Source: a virus (taxonomy: Duplodnaviria; Caudoviricetes). From it: DNA of 64,000 bases. Positions 35,026-45,952 of this stretch are shown piece after piece. The translations under genes were made by a program, and so were the position numbers. The stretch spans positions 64,001 to 128,000 of IMG/VR virus record IMGVR_UViG_3300022917_000008; one strand, written 5' to 3'. The notes below the pieces were generated by a model. That model did not search any database. It saw only the letters and a list, made by a program, of their open reading frames with translations, and had not been told where the DNA came from. Every line of letters begins with the position of its first letter. The stretch's first letter is position 1.

Positions 35026-36996
35026 ATGAGTTTCTCACACGAGTATAACTTGCCCTATTTTGTAGGGACAGGCGCTATACTAACCTCTGGAACAACAGAC
35101 CAGCTTAAGAAAGGACAGCTTACAGTCTATAGGTCAAGCACTGGCCAGATTGTAAATGGACCAGTTCCTGCTGCTGCCCACCTGCAAATTGCACAAGGTA
35201 GCTGGCATACTGTAGACCAGTTAGGAAGGTTCACTGGGGGTCTGACTCAATCAGATAAGACCATTGAATTTAATGTCAAAGGAATACATTCATTCCAAAG
35301 ATCATACCCAAGAGCTGCTCAATCTGAGCAATGGGCTATTGGTTGGGATGGTATTAATGATTGTAACAAGCTGGCATTCTTTGCTTCAACTAGTTACAGA
35401 TTCAAGGTAAAGGTATGGGGTGAAGATGTCTATGGCACTTACACAAGGCCTATAGAGAGGGAGATCATGATCACAACAGGATGTCCTACTACCTCAGCTG
35501 ATTGCCAAACAGGTAATTGCTTTGACCCTGTGGACACAAAGATTCAGGCATATGCCCTAAAGAAGGCAATTGAAGAAGACCCTGAGTTGAAGTGGTTTGT
35601 GAAGGCTGATGTAATCTCTTCTGATTATGCAGCTACTTCTCCAACCCACACACTGTATAACCTGACTGTTCCTGACCTTGGAGATGTGCAAGCCCTGGCT
35701 GCAGTACAAACTGCCTATCCAACCCTGCAAATCTCTCTGCTAAGCAGAACAGGTATCAACTCCACTTACCAAGCCTGTATTCTAACTACAGCTGGTGCAC
35801 CAGCTAACTACACTCCTGCTGGGTCTATTGCCCTAGCTGTTTGTGGAACATGTCCTGCTGGTTATACTTCAGTGCCTGCTTATGACACTTATGTAATAAC
35901 TAAGGCAGTATCTGCAACTGATGCAATTGATACAACTGCTCACCAAGCAACTTATGCTGCTGCAGTAGTAACTGCATATTCTGCCATAAGTGGTAGTGGT
36001 AAGTTCCTTAGCCAAAATGGAGCTGTGGCTCAAGTACAGATCAATGTAACTGCTGGTACAGCTGTAACTCCAACAAACAACACTTCTGATATTGTAACTA
36101 AGGTTGGTTCTACAGTAGCTCAGTGTACTCCTCCTGCTAACTCAGCAATTGCTTGGGTATCAGCTGGAACAAGGTACAAGACTACTCAGACCCTCTACTT
36201 CACTTTACAGAAGACTTGTGGTGGAACAAACAGACTGTCTGATGTTCAAGCATTCTATGCTGGCAACCCAACAATTGTATCTAACTCAATTGCTGTATAT
36301 GCAAGTGGAACTTGTTCTGACAAGTACACGCTGCAACAATGGAGCAATGATTGTGCACTTGATGGTTGCTTAACTAAGCCAGTGCCTACTTTCACTCCTC
36401 TTCCTTGGTTTGAAGGTCAAAAGCCTGATGTTGATCCTTGTGCTGTAACTGGCCCTGTGGATACAACTATCAAGGTAGGTGTGATCTTAACAGCTGCTTA
36501 TGTAGGAAATACCCAGTTTGGTAACCCAAGCTTCTTCCCAACAGATTACTACTCTGTAAGGCCTCTGAAGCTCGAAGTAACTCAACTGATGGGTATTGGT
36601 ACTACCAACTACGATGGTGAAGGTAAGCCTTGTAATAACTTCGTAGCAACAAGAAGAATCACTAACTCCTCAATGCCAACCCAAAGTGGTGAATTCATCA
36701 TCAGGGAGTACATTAGAGCTAACAGGTACAGAGTACATGGAGAGTTCTACCATGATACAAGGTTGAGAGAGGTGATGGACAACACAGCATTCAATGCTGT
36801 AGATAGAACAAAGAACTATATCACTTACCATCTAAAGGTAACACAAGATAGGTCTCTGTTCAACCATCAGGCTGATTTCTCTCCTGAAATCTATGAGTTT
36901 GTGTTTGCTTTCCCTGTAGGTACAGATACCTCAGCATTTGAGACTTACATAGAGAGCTTCACAGCGCAGAATGGAGTGTTCCTGACGAACAGATAA
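35026..36996 (+). CDS. virion structural protein (auxiliary capsid protein-like)
   Basis: 656 aa, Thr/Ala/Cys-rich, followed by a hairpin. Confidence 0.65.
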   Translation: MSFSHEYNLPYFVGTGAILTSGTTDQLKKGQLTVYRSSTGQIVNGPVPAAAHLQIAQGSWHTVDQLGRFTGGLTQSDKTIEFNVKGIHSFQRSYPRAAQSEQWAIGWDGINDCNKLAFFASTSYRFKVKVWGEDVYGTYTRPIEREIMITTGCPTTSADCQTGNCFDPVDTKIQAYALKKAIEEDPELKWFVKADVISSDYAATSPTHTLYNLTVPDLGDVQALAAVQTAYPTLQISLLSRTGINSTYQACILTTAGAPANYTPAGSIALAVCGTCPAGYTSVPAYDTYVITKAVSATDAIDTTAHQATYAAAVVTAYSAISGSGKFLSQNGAVAQVQINVTAGTAVTPTNNTSDIVTKVGSTVAQCTPPANSAIAWVSAGTRYKTTQTLYFTLQKTCGGTNRLSDVQAFYAGNPTIVSNSIAVYASGTCSDKYTLQQWSNDCALDGCLTKPVPTFTPLPWFEGQKPDVDPCAVTGPVDTTIKVGVILTAAYVGNTQFGNPSFFPTDYYSVRPLKLEVTQLMGIGTTNYDGEGKPCNNFVATRRITNSSMPTQSGEFIIREYIRANRYRVHGEFYHDTRLREVMDNTAFNAVDRTKNYITYHLKVTQDRSLFNHQADFSPEIYEFVFAFPVGTDTSAFETYIESFTAQNGVFLTNR

Positions 36997-37107
36997 TAAT
37001 TCCCTCCTTGTTCTCTATAAAGGGGCTGCTGGCAATACTCACGCCTCAGCCCCTTCTTAATATACAGCATTATTTGTCCCCTTCCCCCCATTTGATTATA
37101 TTATATT

Positions 37108-37647
37108 GTGATAAGCAGACTTGAAATACAGGAGGTTGCAGGTAGCTGCAAGGTGCTAAAGCTAGTGGACTTGTCTACCTATAATGCAGACATTCCAGTA
37201 GCTAATGGCATTTTGGAAGTAACTCCTCCAGGATTCAGCTGTGCAGTGAGCTTTCCTGTGGATCAGAACTTCAGCATCACACTAAACTCTAGTACACTAA
37301 AGATAGCTCCAGCTGTAAGACAGGAAGACCTTATAGACCTTCCAGATGGTATCTATTACTACAAGTACTCCATTAAACCCAATGACCAACTCTTTGTTGA
37401 ATATGCAGCCCTAAGGGCCTGTAGCCTTCTCCAGAAGTATTATTATGCTGTTTGTGAGCTTTTCTCAGATAGGGTGAAGATTACCAGGAGAGAATTTGAA
37501 GAGAAGAGAAGGGCCTTAATTTGGATCAAGGAATTGGTTGATGGAGCTAAATACAAGGTAGAAGAGTGTGGACAGGAGAAGGAGGGCATAGAAATGTACA
37601 ATGAAGCTTTGAGGCTTCTTGAAAGAAAAAACAGCTGTTATTGCTAA
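37108..37647 (+). CDS. tail hub/adaptor-like protein
   Basis: LPDGIYYYKYSIKP motif; synteny. Confidence 0.55.
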   Translation: MISRLEIQEVAGSCKVLKLVDLSTYNADIPVANGILEVTPPGFSCAVSFPVDQNFSITLNSSTLKIAPAVRQEDLIDLPDGIYYYKYSIKPNDQLFVEYAALRACSLLQKYYYAVCELFSDRVKITRREFEEKRRALIWIKELVDGAKYKVEECGQEKEGIEMYNEALRLLERKNSCYC

Positions 37648-37877
37648 TGAAGCCTAAGGAAAGAAATATAATCAGGGACTTGCAATGCACTATGGCAGAC
37701 CTTACATACCAGGAATACTTGGATAGGGTTTACAGCCTTAGTGCCTGCTCAAATGATTATGATGAAGGCCTAATGGAGGAATACAAGCTAAGGCTAGGAC
37801 TTGTGCAATCACAGGTAATGTGCCCCTCTAAACAACCCAAAGTACAACCTATAACACACCATGGCAGGCCCATATGA
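37641..37877 (+). CDS. hypothetical protein
   Basis: Packed ORF. Confidence 0.55.
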   Translation: MLMKPKERNIIRDLQCTMADLTYQEYLDRVYSLSACSNDYDEGLMEEYKLRLGLVQSQVMCPSKQPKVQPITHHGRPI

Positions 37878-38988
37878 CATAGCAGGTAACTTCCAGCCAC
37901 TTAGTCCTAATTTTGCTAAGTTTCAAGTCCTTAGTGCTGCTCCACAAGCAGTGTCTGAGGGTAGGTCTTACTATGACCTAACACAAGGCATTGGTGTATA
38001 CGCTAATGGACAATGGAACTACGCTTCTGGTGGAGGAGGTGGAGCAGTAAGTTCAGTGTTTACCAGAACTGGGGATGTTGTGGCGCAATCAGGAGACTAT
38101 ACATTTGCTCAGATAGGATCAACCCCTACGACTCTTAGTGGATATGGTATTACTGATCCTGTTGCACTAACTAGTGGATCATACTCAAATCCTACTTGGA
38201 TAACTGGGTTGGCCTGGTCTAAGATCACTGGAACTCCTACCACAATCTCAGGATATGGTATAACAGATGGAGTTACTGCATCCAGCGTTACTACATTTAC
38301 TAATAAGACATTCAACACTGCAGGTGTTGGTAACTCCTTTAGTATTAATGGTACAGCTATAACAGCAGTAACAGGTACTGGCTCTGTAGTATTAGCTACA
38401 TCTCCTACCCTAGTTACTCCCACATTAGGAGTAGCAACAGCTACTTCAGTTAACAAAGTAACTATAACAGCACCTACAACAAGTGCTACTTTAACCCTAG
38501 TTACAGGTTCAAGCCTTATAACAGCTGGGGCTTTTGCCATTACTCTAACCAGTACAGCTACTACAAATGTTACCTTACCAACATCTGGTACACTATATGG
38601 TACAGCTTCAGCCTCAATAACATCAGCTCAGCTGCTTGCATCTATGTCTGATGAAACAGGCACAGGATCACTAGTATTTGCTACCTCCCCTACTCTTGTA
38701 TCTCCAAAGCTTAAAACCAGTGTAGTTAGTGGAACTACACAGACCCTGGATGCTACAGCAACTACATGGGTATTTACAGGAGCAGTAGCAACCACATGGA
38801 CACTTCCTGCAGTAACTGGTAATACTGACACTACCTACTTTATTAAGAATAGAGGGTCAGCTACAATAACTTTAACAAGAGCAGGATCAGATAATATATA
38901 TACAACAACAACTGTAACCACGCTCACTATAAATCCAGGAGAAGGTTATACTGTCATTAACGATGGTACCTACTGGATAATATTATAA
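37861..38988 (+). CDS. tail fibre-like protein
   Basis: VSSVFTRTGDV, TPTTLSGYGITD repeats, TGTGSxVxATSPTLV repeats. Confidence 0.8.
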   Translation: MAGPYDIAGNFQPLSPNFAKFQVLSAAPQAVSEGRSYYDLTQGIGVYANGQWNYASGGGGGAVSSVFTRTGDVVAQSGDYTFAQIGSTPTTLSGYGITDPVALTSGSYSNPTWITGLAWSKITGTPTTISGYGITDGVTASSVTTFTNKTFNTAGVGNSFSINGTAITAVTGTGSVVLATSPTLVTPTLGVATATSVNKVTITAPTTSATLTLVTGSSLITAGAFAITLTSTATTNVTLPTSGTLYGTASASITSAQLLASMSDETGTGSLVFATSPTLVSPKLKTSVVSGTTQTLDATATTWVFTGAVATTWTLPAVTGNTDTTYFIKNRGSATITLTRAGSDNIYTTTTVTTLTINPGEGYTVINDGTYWIIL

Positions 38989-38992
38989 TACA

Positions 38993-39490
38993 ATGGCATA
39001 TTTACCAAAGATACTAGCATCAGGTTCAGCAAGTGCAGCAGCCACTCTAGATATAAACATGAGTGCTTACTATAATCTGTACGATGTTATACAAGTAACT
39101 CTCTACAATATACTACCTTCTACTAACGCAGTAGACTTGTATGTAAGGGTTAGTGTAGATGGTACAACCTATGATAGTGGTGCAAATAACTATCAATGGA
39201 GCTTCAACTATGGTTCTGGTGGTAATGGCAACACATTAGACACAGGTATCAAGCTAGGAGGTTCATATGGAACAGGATCATCCAGCCATGGAACAGTAAC
39301 TATCTGGACACCTGGAAGTGCAACATACAATCCCAAGATTACTTGTCATTTAGTTGAAACAGATGGTTCTGGTAACAATGTACCAATAAATGGTGCAGGG
39401 GCTAGACTAACTGCACAACTAACTAAGGGCCTTAGGTTCTATTTTGGCTCAGGAAATATAACTGCAAACTACAAAGTAACAGGATACTAA
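38993..39490 (+). CDS. fibre-associated/receptor-binding protein
   Basis: Beta-rich; ends GLRFYFGSGNITANYKVTGY. Confidence 0.6.
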   Translation: MAYLPKILASGSASAAATLDINMSAYYNLYDVIQVTLYNILPSTNAVDLYVRVSVDGTTYDSGANNYQWSFNYGSGGNGNTLDTGIKLGGSYGTGSSSHGTVTIWTPGSATYNPKITCHLVETDGSGNNVPINGAGARLTAQLTKGLRFYFGSGNITANYKVTGY

Positions 39491-39492
39491 TA

Positions 39493-41217
39493 ATGACTCC
39501 CAAAAATTCAAACATATCAACTCCCTGCACAAGCGCAGTTAGTTCTACATGTGTTACATGGACTGGCCAATCTATACCTGCACTAGGTGTAGTATCAGGG
39601 CAATCTATGACTGATACTATGTACAAGGTTGCCTGTCAGGTTGTTGAGATAACTGAGGGATTAGACCTGTCAGATATGGACCTGAGCTGTCTTATTGAAA
39701 AGACCCCTCTTCTACCTGAAAATAAGACAGTTAGGCTAATCCTTCAGTTGCTTCTTGATAACCAGTGCTCACTCAAGGCTCTTATAGACCAGGCAGGCAA
39801 TACAACAGATGATTTGCCTCCTATTGTAGTGAACATGAAGTGTCTAAGAAGGTTTGATGACTTTGGCAATGAACTACCACAGGACCTGAACCAAGCTCTA
39901 CAATCACTTGTAAACCAGGTCTGTGCTAGTGCTACTGACATTGCATCCCTAAAGAATACTACAGCCAACCTGCAGGATCAGATTGACAATCTGCCAATCC
40001 CCCCTGCCTATGTTGAGCCTAATATAGTTACCTGTGTAACCCCCACTCCAAAACCTGCGAGTGTACAAGTGCCGTTGCTAGCTCAGGATTACTGTAATTA
40101 CAAGGACGTAGTGGGACAGGTAACAGATGTACAACAAGCAGTTGCAAGGCAGCCACAGGGCTTAAATAAGCTCCTGGGGACTGTTGATGGATGGATATTG
40201 AACCCACAGAATCTTTCTCAATCTGAGAACAATCTGTGGCTCCTAGCTAAGAACTTACTGGATAGGATTGACAACATTGAATCAAACTGTTGCAAATCTA
40301 CCTGTAAGGACATCACTCTATCCATACTTGCAGAACCCAACTCAGATGGGGACGCTGTTTACATCACATTCTCAACCTACTTGGGTACTAACATACCCAA
40401 TGGATTTCTTGATAGTGGTGATTCTGTGCTTACCATTACAGACAAGAATAACAAGTTTGCACAGTATCCAATTACTGTTAGTGAGGACACTAAGGAAGGA
40501 CCATTCTCATTTGCAGGACTTGACTTATCAGGACCACTTACAGCCTCAGTTAGTGCCTCTCTAACAAGTGGTACCCTCAATTGTGAGAAGTGTGTAGGTA
40601 AGCAATTCATACCAAATAGTGCTTGTCCTGTATGTCTTGTTACAGGCGCTGGTACAAGTGGCTTAACAACCATTGTATACCAAGCCCCTGGGCAGAAACT
40701 AATACAAACACTGGTTGTTGCTCCTGGATCAACTGGTTACATACAGAAGGGTGCCAGCATTGTTGGTATTGACTCAACTGGTGACTCTAGTGTAACTTCA
40801 GACTGTATTAACCTTGGAGCACCTGCCTATGTATGTGCTAATGTGAAGTATGCAGTATCTGGTAATGCAGGTTCAGCTACAACTTGGGAGAACTACAACA
40901 ATGATACAGCTGCAATAGCAATTGGTATAGGTGGAACAGAGTACCCAATCAACACTACATATAAGGGTGACCCTGTTGCAATCAGCAATGCAATTGCAGC
41001 TGCTACGCCTCCAGGACTAATAAAGATTGTAAATACAGCATCTACCAACCCTGTTGGTGTGAGGTACATAGGAAACATCTTCCTGAAGGTGCCTTCTACA
41101 CTTGTGTCTACTCTGTATATCAAGTGGCAGGTACTTGACTACAATCCTGTTGAAGTGTTTGCAACAACCTGCCCAACTTGTTGTGGAGATAGTGGTAGTG
41201 GAGGACATGGACTTTAA
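39493..41217 (+). CDS. Cys-rich fibre/spike protein
   Basis: SSTCVTWTG motif, coiled coil, beta-rich C-terminus. Confidence 0.65.
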   Translation: MTPKNSNISTPCTSAVSSTCVTWTGQSIPALGVVSGQSMTDTMYKVACQVVEITEGLDLSDMDLSCLIEKTPLLPENKTVRLILQLLLDNQCSLKALIDQAGNTTDDLPPIVVNMKCLRRFDDFGNELPQDLNQALQSLVNQVCASATDIASLKNTTANLQDQIDNLPIPPAYVEPNIVTCVTPTPKPASVQVPLLAQDYCNYKDVVGQVTDVQQAVARQPQGLNKLLGTVDGWILNPQNLSQSENNLWLLAKNLLDRIDNIESNCCKSTCKDITLSILAEPNSDGDAVYITFSTYLGTNIPNGFLDSGDSVLTITDKNNKFAQYPITVSEDTKEGPFSFAGLDLSGPLTASVSASLTSGTLNCEKCVGKQFIPNSACPVCLVTGAGTSGLTTIVYQAPGQKLIQTLVVAPGSTGYIQKGASIVGIDSTGDSSVTSDCINLGAPAYVCANVKYAVSGNAGSATTWENYNNDTAAIAIGIGGTEYPINTTYKGDPVAISNAIAAATPPGLIKIVNTASTNPVGVRYIGNIFLKVPSTLVSTLYIKWQVLDYNPVEVFATTCPTCCGDSGSGGHGL

Positions 41218-41237
41218 TAATATAACAAACTAATCTA

Positions 41238-42581
41238 ATGTGCACTAACTGCAATCAGCCTTCTACAATGCCTTGTTCAGACCCTTGCAAAACCTGTGGG
41301 GGCTGTGTATGTACCTGTTCATCATTGTATGATAGTGTAGGCTGTATCAACATAACTTCTTCAGACTGTGTCAACTATACAGGACTGGATATATCTTGTG
41401 TTGGGATCAAGAGGAATGACAATTTCTCCAAGATCATCAACACTCTATCCACCTATAGCTCAGCTACACTAGGGAGAATCTCCTCATCATCTATGTCCCT
41501 GGTTTCAGTGGGATGTGATCAGTTGAAGTTGGAATTAATTCCTTCCAGCAACCCTGATAATATACTGACCTATGGAACAGATGGGAGACCCTATGTTCCC
41601 AGAACTGACTTACAGCTAGTGGCTACAACTTGCCTTAGCTGGCAGAAGACAGTAAATGGCTCTACAGTCATTTATGTGCCTATTATAGACTGGAACTGTG
41701 TATCCCAGCAGACTTGTCCTCTTTGTGACAACCCTGCTCCTTGTGACGCTCCTACAGGCCTTATAATCAATTCTGTTGGTCAAACAACAGTACAGCTTGG
41801 GTGGAATAGCACAAGTGGAACAACTTATGATGTTCTTGTCAATGGCGTAGTACAAGCTACTGCTGTTAACAGTCCATATACATTCAACTCACTGGTACCA
41901 AATACAACTTATTCTCTGACTGTCAGAGCTAAGTGTGCATCTGGTCTTACTGCTGATACTTCAGCCTCAGTTACAACAATGCCTATAACTAGCTGTACTC
42001 TACCAAGTGGTGTTACAGTTCTGATATCTGGTGGTACTGCTGCTCTTGGATGGACTCCAGGTGGATCAGATGGTACTCAGACAATAGAATACAAGTTGTC
42101 TACTGCTCCCACATACACTCAGTATGCAACACTGAATGCAGCAGCTTCTTCAGTTAACATTCCTGGTCTGTCGCCAAATGTAGTGTACATATTCAGAATA
42201 ACAAACAATTGTGGAAGTGGTTCTGCTAGTGCAGTGACTAAGACAGGAATTGAAATAACTTGTACAACCATAACTTCAGTGACAACTGACACATCAATAG
42301 TAGCATCATTTGCTCCTCTGGGTGGAGACATAGACAGATATGTAGTGAACTTGTATGATGCTGGTGGAGTGAACCTGTTACAAACACAGACATTCACTGG
42401 ACCATTTGATACACAGATCAATGCTACATTCACTGGCTTGACACCATCCACAAGCTATCTGGTAGAAGTACAACCTGCAGCTGGTTCTACAATCAGAACT
42501 AACTGTACCAAGATCACAGCTACAACAACAGCTGTACCTGGATGTCCTCTGCCTACAAACCTAACAGTAACAATATCATAA
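41238..42581 (+). CDS. Cys-rich FN3-repeat virion protein
   Basis: LVPNTTYSLTV, GLSPNVVYIFRI, GLTPSTSYLVEV. Confidence 0.8.
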   Translation: MCTNCNQPSTMPCSDPCKTCGGCVCTCSSLYDSVGCINITSSDCVNYTGLDISCVGIKRNDNFSKIINTLSTYSSATLGRISSSSMSLVSVGCDQLKLELIPSSNPDNILTYGTDGRPYVPRTDLQLVATTCLSWQKTVNGSTVIYVPIIDWNCVSQQTCPLCDNPAPCDAPTGLIINSVGQTTVQLGWNSTSGTTYDVLVNGVVQATAVNSPYTFNSLVPNTTYSLTVRAKCASGLTADTSASVTTMPITSCTLPSGVTVLISGGTAALGWTPGGSDGTQTIEYKLSTAPTYTQYATLNAAASSVNIPGLSPNVVYIFRITNNCGSGSASAVTKTGIEITCTTITSVTTDTSIVASFAPLGGDIDRYVVNLYDAGGVNLLQTQTFTGPFDTQINATFTGLTPSTSYLVEVQPAAGSTIRTNCTKITATTTAVPGCPLPTNLTVTIS

Positions 42582-42582
42582 T

Positions 42583-43809
42583 ATGTCTGCAACAGCAACA
42601 ATAAGTTGGCAAAATCAGGCTTCAGGAACTACACAAGAGCTATACTATGGAAAGGACCTACTAGCCACTGGCTTACCAGGTTCAGGTTCTGGTTGGTTAC
42701 CATCTGACCAGAACCCCCTTCCATCAGCAGCTGGTAGTGCAACTATCTCCAATCTGGATGATAATGTAAAGTACAAGTTCCTAGTCAAGTCTGATTGCAC
42801 CAACTCTCAAAACATCTACTCCTCTTCCACAGCAGTTAAGTGGATATGTGGGGCTCTGCAAACAAGTGGTCCTCAATCAGGTACCCTTGTATACACACTG
42901 CAGGTTGACCCTAGTGTCTCTAATGCTGGGTCAGGGATCACATCCATTGAAGTACAACTAATAGGTGTGGATAGAGTTAACTTTGGTAACCTCTACCAAG
43001 TAAAGACCTACTCTGCTCCCTATTCAGGATCATATACAGACCAGTTCAATGGTGTAAATGGTGACGTAGATTGGACTATCAGAGTCATATACAAGACTGG
43101 AGCCTATCCATCTACAGAGATACATGAGTGTTCTTCACAAGCATACTCTACTACTTCTATACCTGGAGTATCATATCTCCAAGTGAGAAATGCCTTAGTT
43201 GATGGCGTACTAACTCAGCTATCACTGAACAATGCTCCTCAGTTAGCGCAGACATTGACTCCTGGATATGCTTCTAAGACTGATGTAACTGCTCTGCTAT
43301 CAGGAGGTACACCACTACAACCCACAGTGAATCTAACTGGGGTAGTATCTGGTACCCAACTATATGCAAGACAGATCAGGAACAATGCTCAACTGACTGG
43401 TGGACTATTCACATATGCAGGCTCAAACAGTCCTATATCCTCAGTCCCCTGGAACATACAGAATGGAGACATCATTGAAATTACTCCTGCATTCACTAAT
43501 GCTTATGTGTTCAAACAAACAATAGTTGCAAAGAACACAGATGGCTATGATCTCAATGTAAAGATTGATGTGCCTCTAGGTGCACCTTCTACTTACAATA
43601 TATCCTTCACTGGATATGATTATTCCAGTGGAGAGAGTGAACATCTCACAGGAACAGTTACTATAGCACAAGGAGATACTGAAGGCACTCTAGTCCATAT
43701 ACAGAGCACCTTACCTACTCCAGAGTACACTAGGGCCACTGTCACTTCTGTCTGTTTTACCACAGACGCTGGGATAGCATACCCACACATATACGACTGT
43801 CTATCATAA
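42583..43809 (+). CDS. FN3-domain virion protein
   Basis: NLDDNVKYKFLVKSDC; paralogue of 15303..16673. Confidence 0.75.
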   Translation: MSATATISWQNQASGTTQELYYGKDLLATGLPGSGSGWLPSDQNPLPSAAGSATISNLDDNVKYKFLVKSDCTNSQNIYSSSTAVKWICGALQTSGPQSGTLVYTLQVDPSVSNAGSGITSIEVQLIGVDRVNFGNLYQVKTYSAPYSGSYTDQFNGVNGDVDWTIRVIYKTGAYPSTEIHECSSQAYSTTSIPGVSYLQVRNALVDGVLTQLSLNNAPQLAQTLTPGYASKTDVTALLSGGTPLQPTVNLTGVVSGTQLYARQIRNNAQLTGGLFTYAGSNSPISSVPWNIQNGDIIEITPAFTNAYVFKQTIVAKNTDGYDLNVKIDVPLGAPSTYNISFTGYDYSSGESEHLTGTVTIAQGDTEGTLVHIQSTLPTPEYTRATVTSVCFTTDAGIAYPHIYDCLS

Positions 43810-43847
43810 CATTATACACCTGGGTTTGTTGGTTTTCCCAGAATTGT

Positions 43848-43879
43848 AGCCCTGCTTATTCCTAAGTGGGGCTTTTTTT
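43848..43879 (+). terminator. intrinsic terminator
   Basis: AGCCTGCTTA...TAAGTGGGGCT followed by a T tract. Confidence 0.7.
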
Positions 43880-43939
43880 CCTCTTAATATTTGGAAGTTA
43901 GCTATATTTTGTGTAAGTTTGGCTTATCAACAATCAATT

Positions 43940-45295
43940 ATGAGTAACAAAGAAAATTTAATAGCCTATCTAATCAGGAATGGTAAGGACCTATCTTGGC
44001 ACGAACTGGCTAAAGCATTTGGGTATGACAGAGCAGACTCTGCTAGGAATGCTTGGCTAAGATATAGGCAAGACAATCCAGGCACACCTACTTACCTAAC
44101 CAAACCAGCTCAACCTGTTAACAACATAGTAGGGAGCATGATACCTGGTGTTGCTGAAAGACTAAGAAGTAGAGAGCAATACATGATGGACCTTGAGGAT
44201 AAGATCACTAAGTTTGAGGAAGACCTAACTAAGGGCACTGCACAAGTAGAAGCCTTAGTTGGACAGGAGATCAAGACACTGGAAGAACTAGTAGAGAAGT
44301 GTAAGATTGATCTCACCAAATGGCAAATTACTAAATGGGTACAGAACTTCTGGAATAACAAGTACCAAGTAAAGGCCTTCCTTGCTCCCAAGGAAGAGAA
44401 GAATAAGTTCCAGGAGAACTTCATGAAGTACTTGGAGACATGGGACAAATCTGCTCCCATAACTCTCACATCTTCAGGTATGTGTAATACTCCTGTAGAA
44501 TGTTGGGTTGAGGGTGTGGCTAGTGATGTAGAGGCATTGAAGCCTAATGGGTGCCTCATCATCAACAAACAGGACTTACACTTCGACAAATATGATATAA
44601 AGGGTAATAATGATATACGTGCAAGGTTTGCGCAGTACAAAGGTGCTGTTGAGAGAATAGTGAAAAAGGCTAACCTTAGTTACCACATAGCCAAACTAGT
44701 ATATGTGATAGGTTCTGACGAGTTCAATAGTGAGTGGACAGGAATGACAACTAAGGGAACCCCACAGAAGAATATGGTTGACTACCACCAAGGATTTGAT
44801 AGTATATGCAGACACGAAGTAGAGATAATAACTGAGCTGGCAAAGGCTTGTCCTTCATTAGAAGTGATATACATGCCTGGGAATCATGACGAGTATGTAG
44901 GTTGGCACCTAATAACATGGCTACAGGCTTACTTCAAGGGGCACAAGATACTATTTGATGCCAGAACAGACTACAGAAAGTATGGAGCATTTGGCAATTC
45001 CTTAATGATGTTCAATCATGGAGACATCATCAAACCTGAGAAGCTTGCTGCTATATTCCCACAGGAGGCTAAGGAATCATGGTCAAATAGTAACTATCAG
45101 TACATCTTCACTGGTGATAAGCATCATGAGAAGACATTGGATATGGATGGTATCATGTTCTACCAGTTGACTCAAGGATCAAATGCCACATCCAAATGGG
45201 ACTCCAAACAGGGATATCTTGCCAGGGGATTCCTCACAGCTTTTGTAATATCTGAGAACTGGGGTATGGCTGATATATACAAAGAGAAGCTCTAA
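43940..45295 (+). CDS. calcineurin-like metallophosphoesterase with N-terminal HTH
   Basis: DLH, GSD, GNHD, NHGD, GDKHH motifs; promoter TTTG-N20-TAAGTTTG at 43890-43921. Confidence 0.85.
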   Translation: MSNKENLIAYLIRNGKDLSWHELAKAFGYDRADSARNAWLRYRQDNPGTPTYLTKPAQPVNNIVGSMIPGVAERLRSREQYMMDLEDKITKFEEDLTKGTAQVEALVGQEIKTLEELVEKCKIDLTKWQITKWVQNFWNNKYQVKAFLAPKEEKNKFQENFMKYLETWDKSAPITLTSSGMCNTPVECWVEGVASDVEALKPNGCLIINKQDLHFDKYDIKGNNDIRARFAQYKGAVERIVKKANLSYHIAKLVYVIGSDEFNSEWTGMTTKGTPQKNMVDYHQGFDSICRHEVEIITELAKACPSLEVIYMPGNHDEYVGWHLITWLQAYFKGHKILFDARTDYRKYGAFGNSLMMFNHGDIIKPEKLAAIFPQEAKESWSNSNYQYIFTGDKHHEKTLDMDGIMFYQLTQGSNATSKWDSKQGYLARGFLTAFVISENWGMADIYKEKL

Positions 45296-45394
45296 GTTAG
45301 ATTGTTGATATACAAGACCCTGCCACAAGGTGGGGCCTTTCTCATTTGGAGAGTTAATTGGTAAACTTAATAGATTTGATTAAATTGTAGTAGC

Positions 45395-45952
45395 ATGGCA
45401 AGGATCATGGAAGGGCCACCTAGGTTTGCAGACCTCAAAGGTCCTAGATTCAACACAAGGAAGTTTCGCAAGAAGATAGTAACCAAGGAGTTGTTCAAAG
45501 AATGGAAGAAGACTAATCCAGGTATAACCTTTGACCAGTTCAAGCACATATGGAAGATGATAGCACAGGAGATTCAGAATACTGTCATCACTGAGCCTGA
45601 TGGTGTAATGCTTCCCAATGGAATAGGGAAGGTGTACACAGCCTATGTGAAGATGAAGGAGCCTGGAATTGATTGGAAGACTTCCAAAGAACATGATGTG
45701 CTGGTTACCTATGAGAACTACCATTCATATGGCAAGCCAGGCAAGATAGTCTACAATCCCTGTTCCAAATACAAATTGAGTACCTGTACTATGTGGAACT
45801 TCAAAGCAATAACCCCATTCAAGGAAAAGGTATCTCAGGCATTTAGAGAGAGGCCTGAGATATACAAGAACACAGCACAAAAGCAATATCATGGACATCC
45901 CAGTAGTAGGACATCTGATCTCACAACTAATGAATCAAGTAAGGCTGACTAA
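45395..45952 (+). CDS. basic IHF/HU-like crAss-type protein (putative)
   Basis: DGVMLPNGIGKV segment; synteny before tail genes. Confidence 0.5.
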   Translation: MARIMEGPPRFADLKGPRFNTRKFRKKIVTKELFKEWKKTNPGITFDQFKHIWKMIAQEIQNTVITEPDGVMLPNGIGKVYTAYVKMKEPGIDWKTSKEHDVLVTYENYHSYGKPGKIVYNPCSKYKLSTCTMWNFKAITPFKEKVSQAFRERPEIYKNTAQKQYHGHPSSRTSDLTTNESSKAD

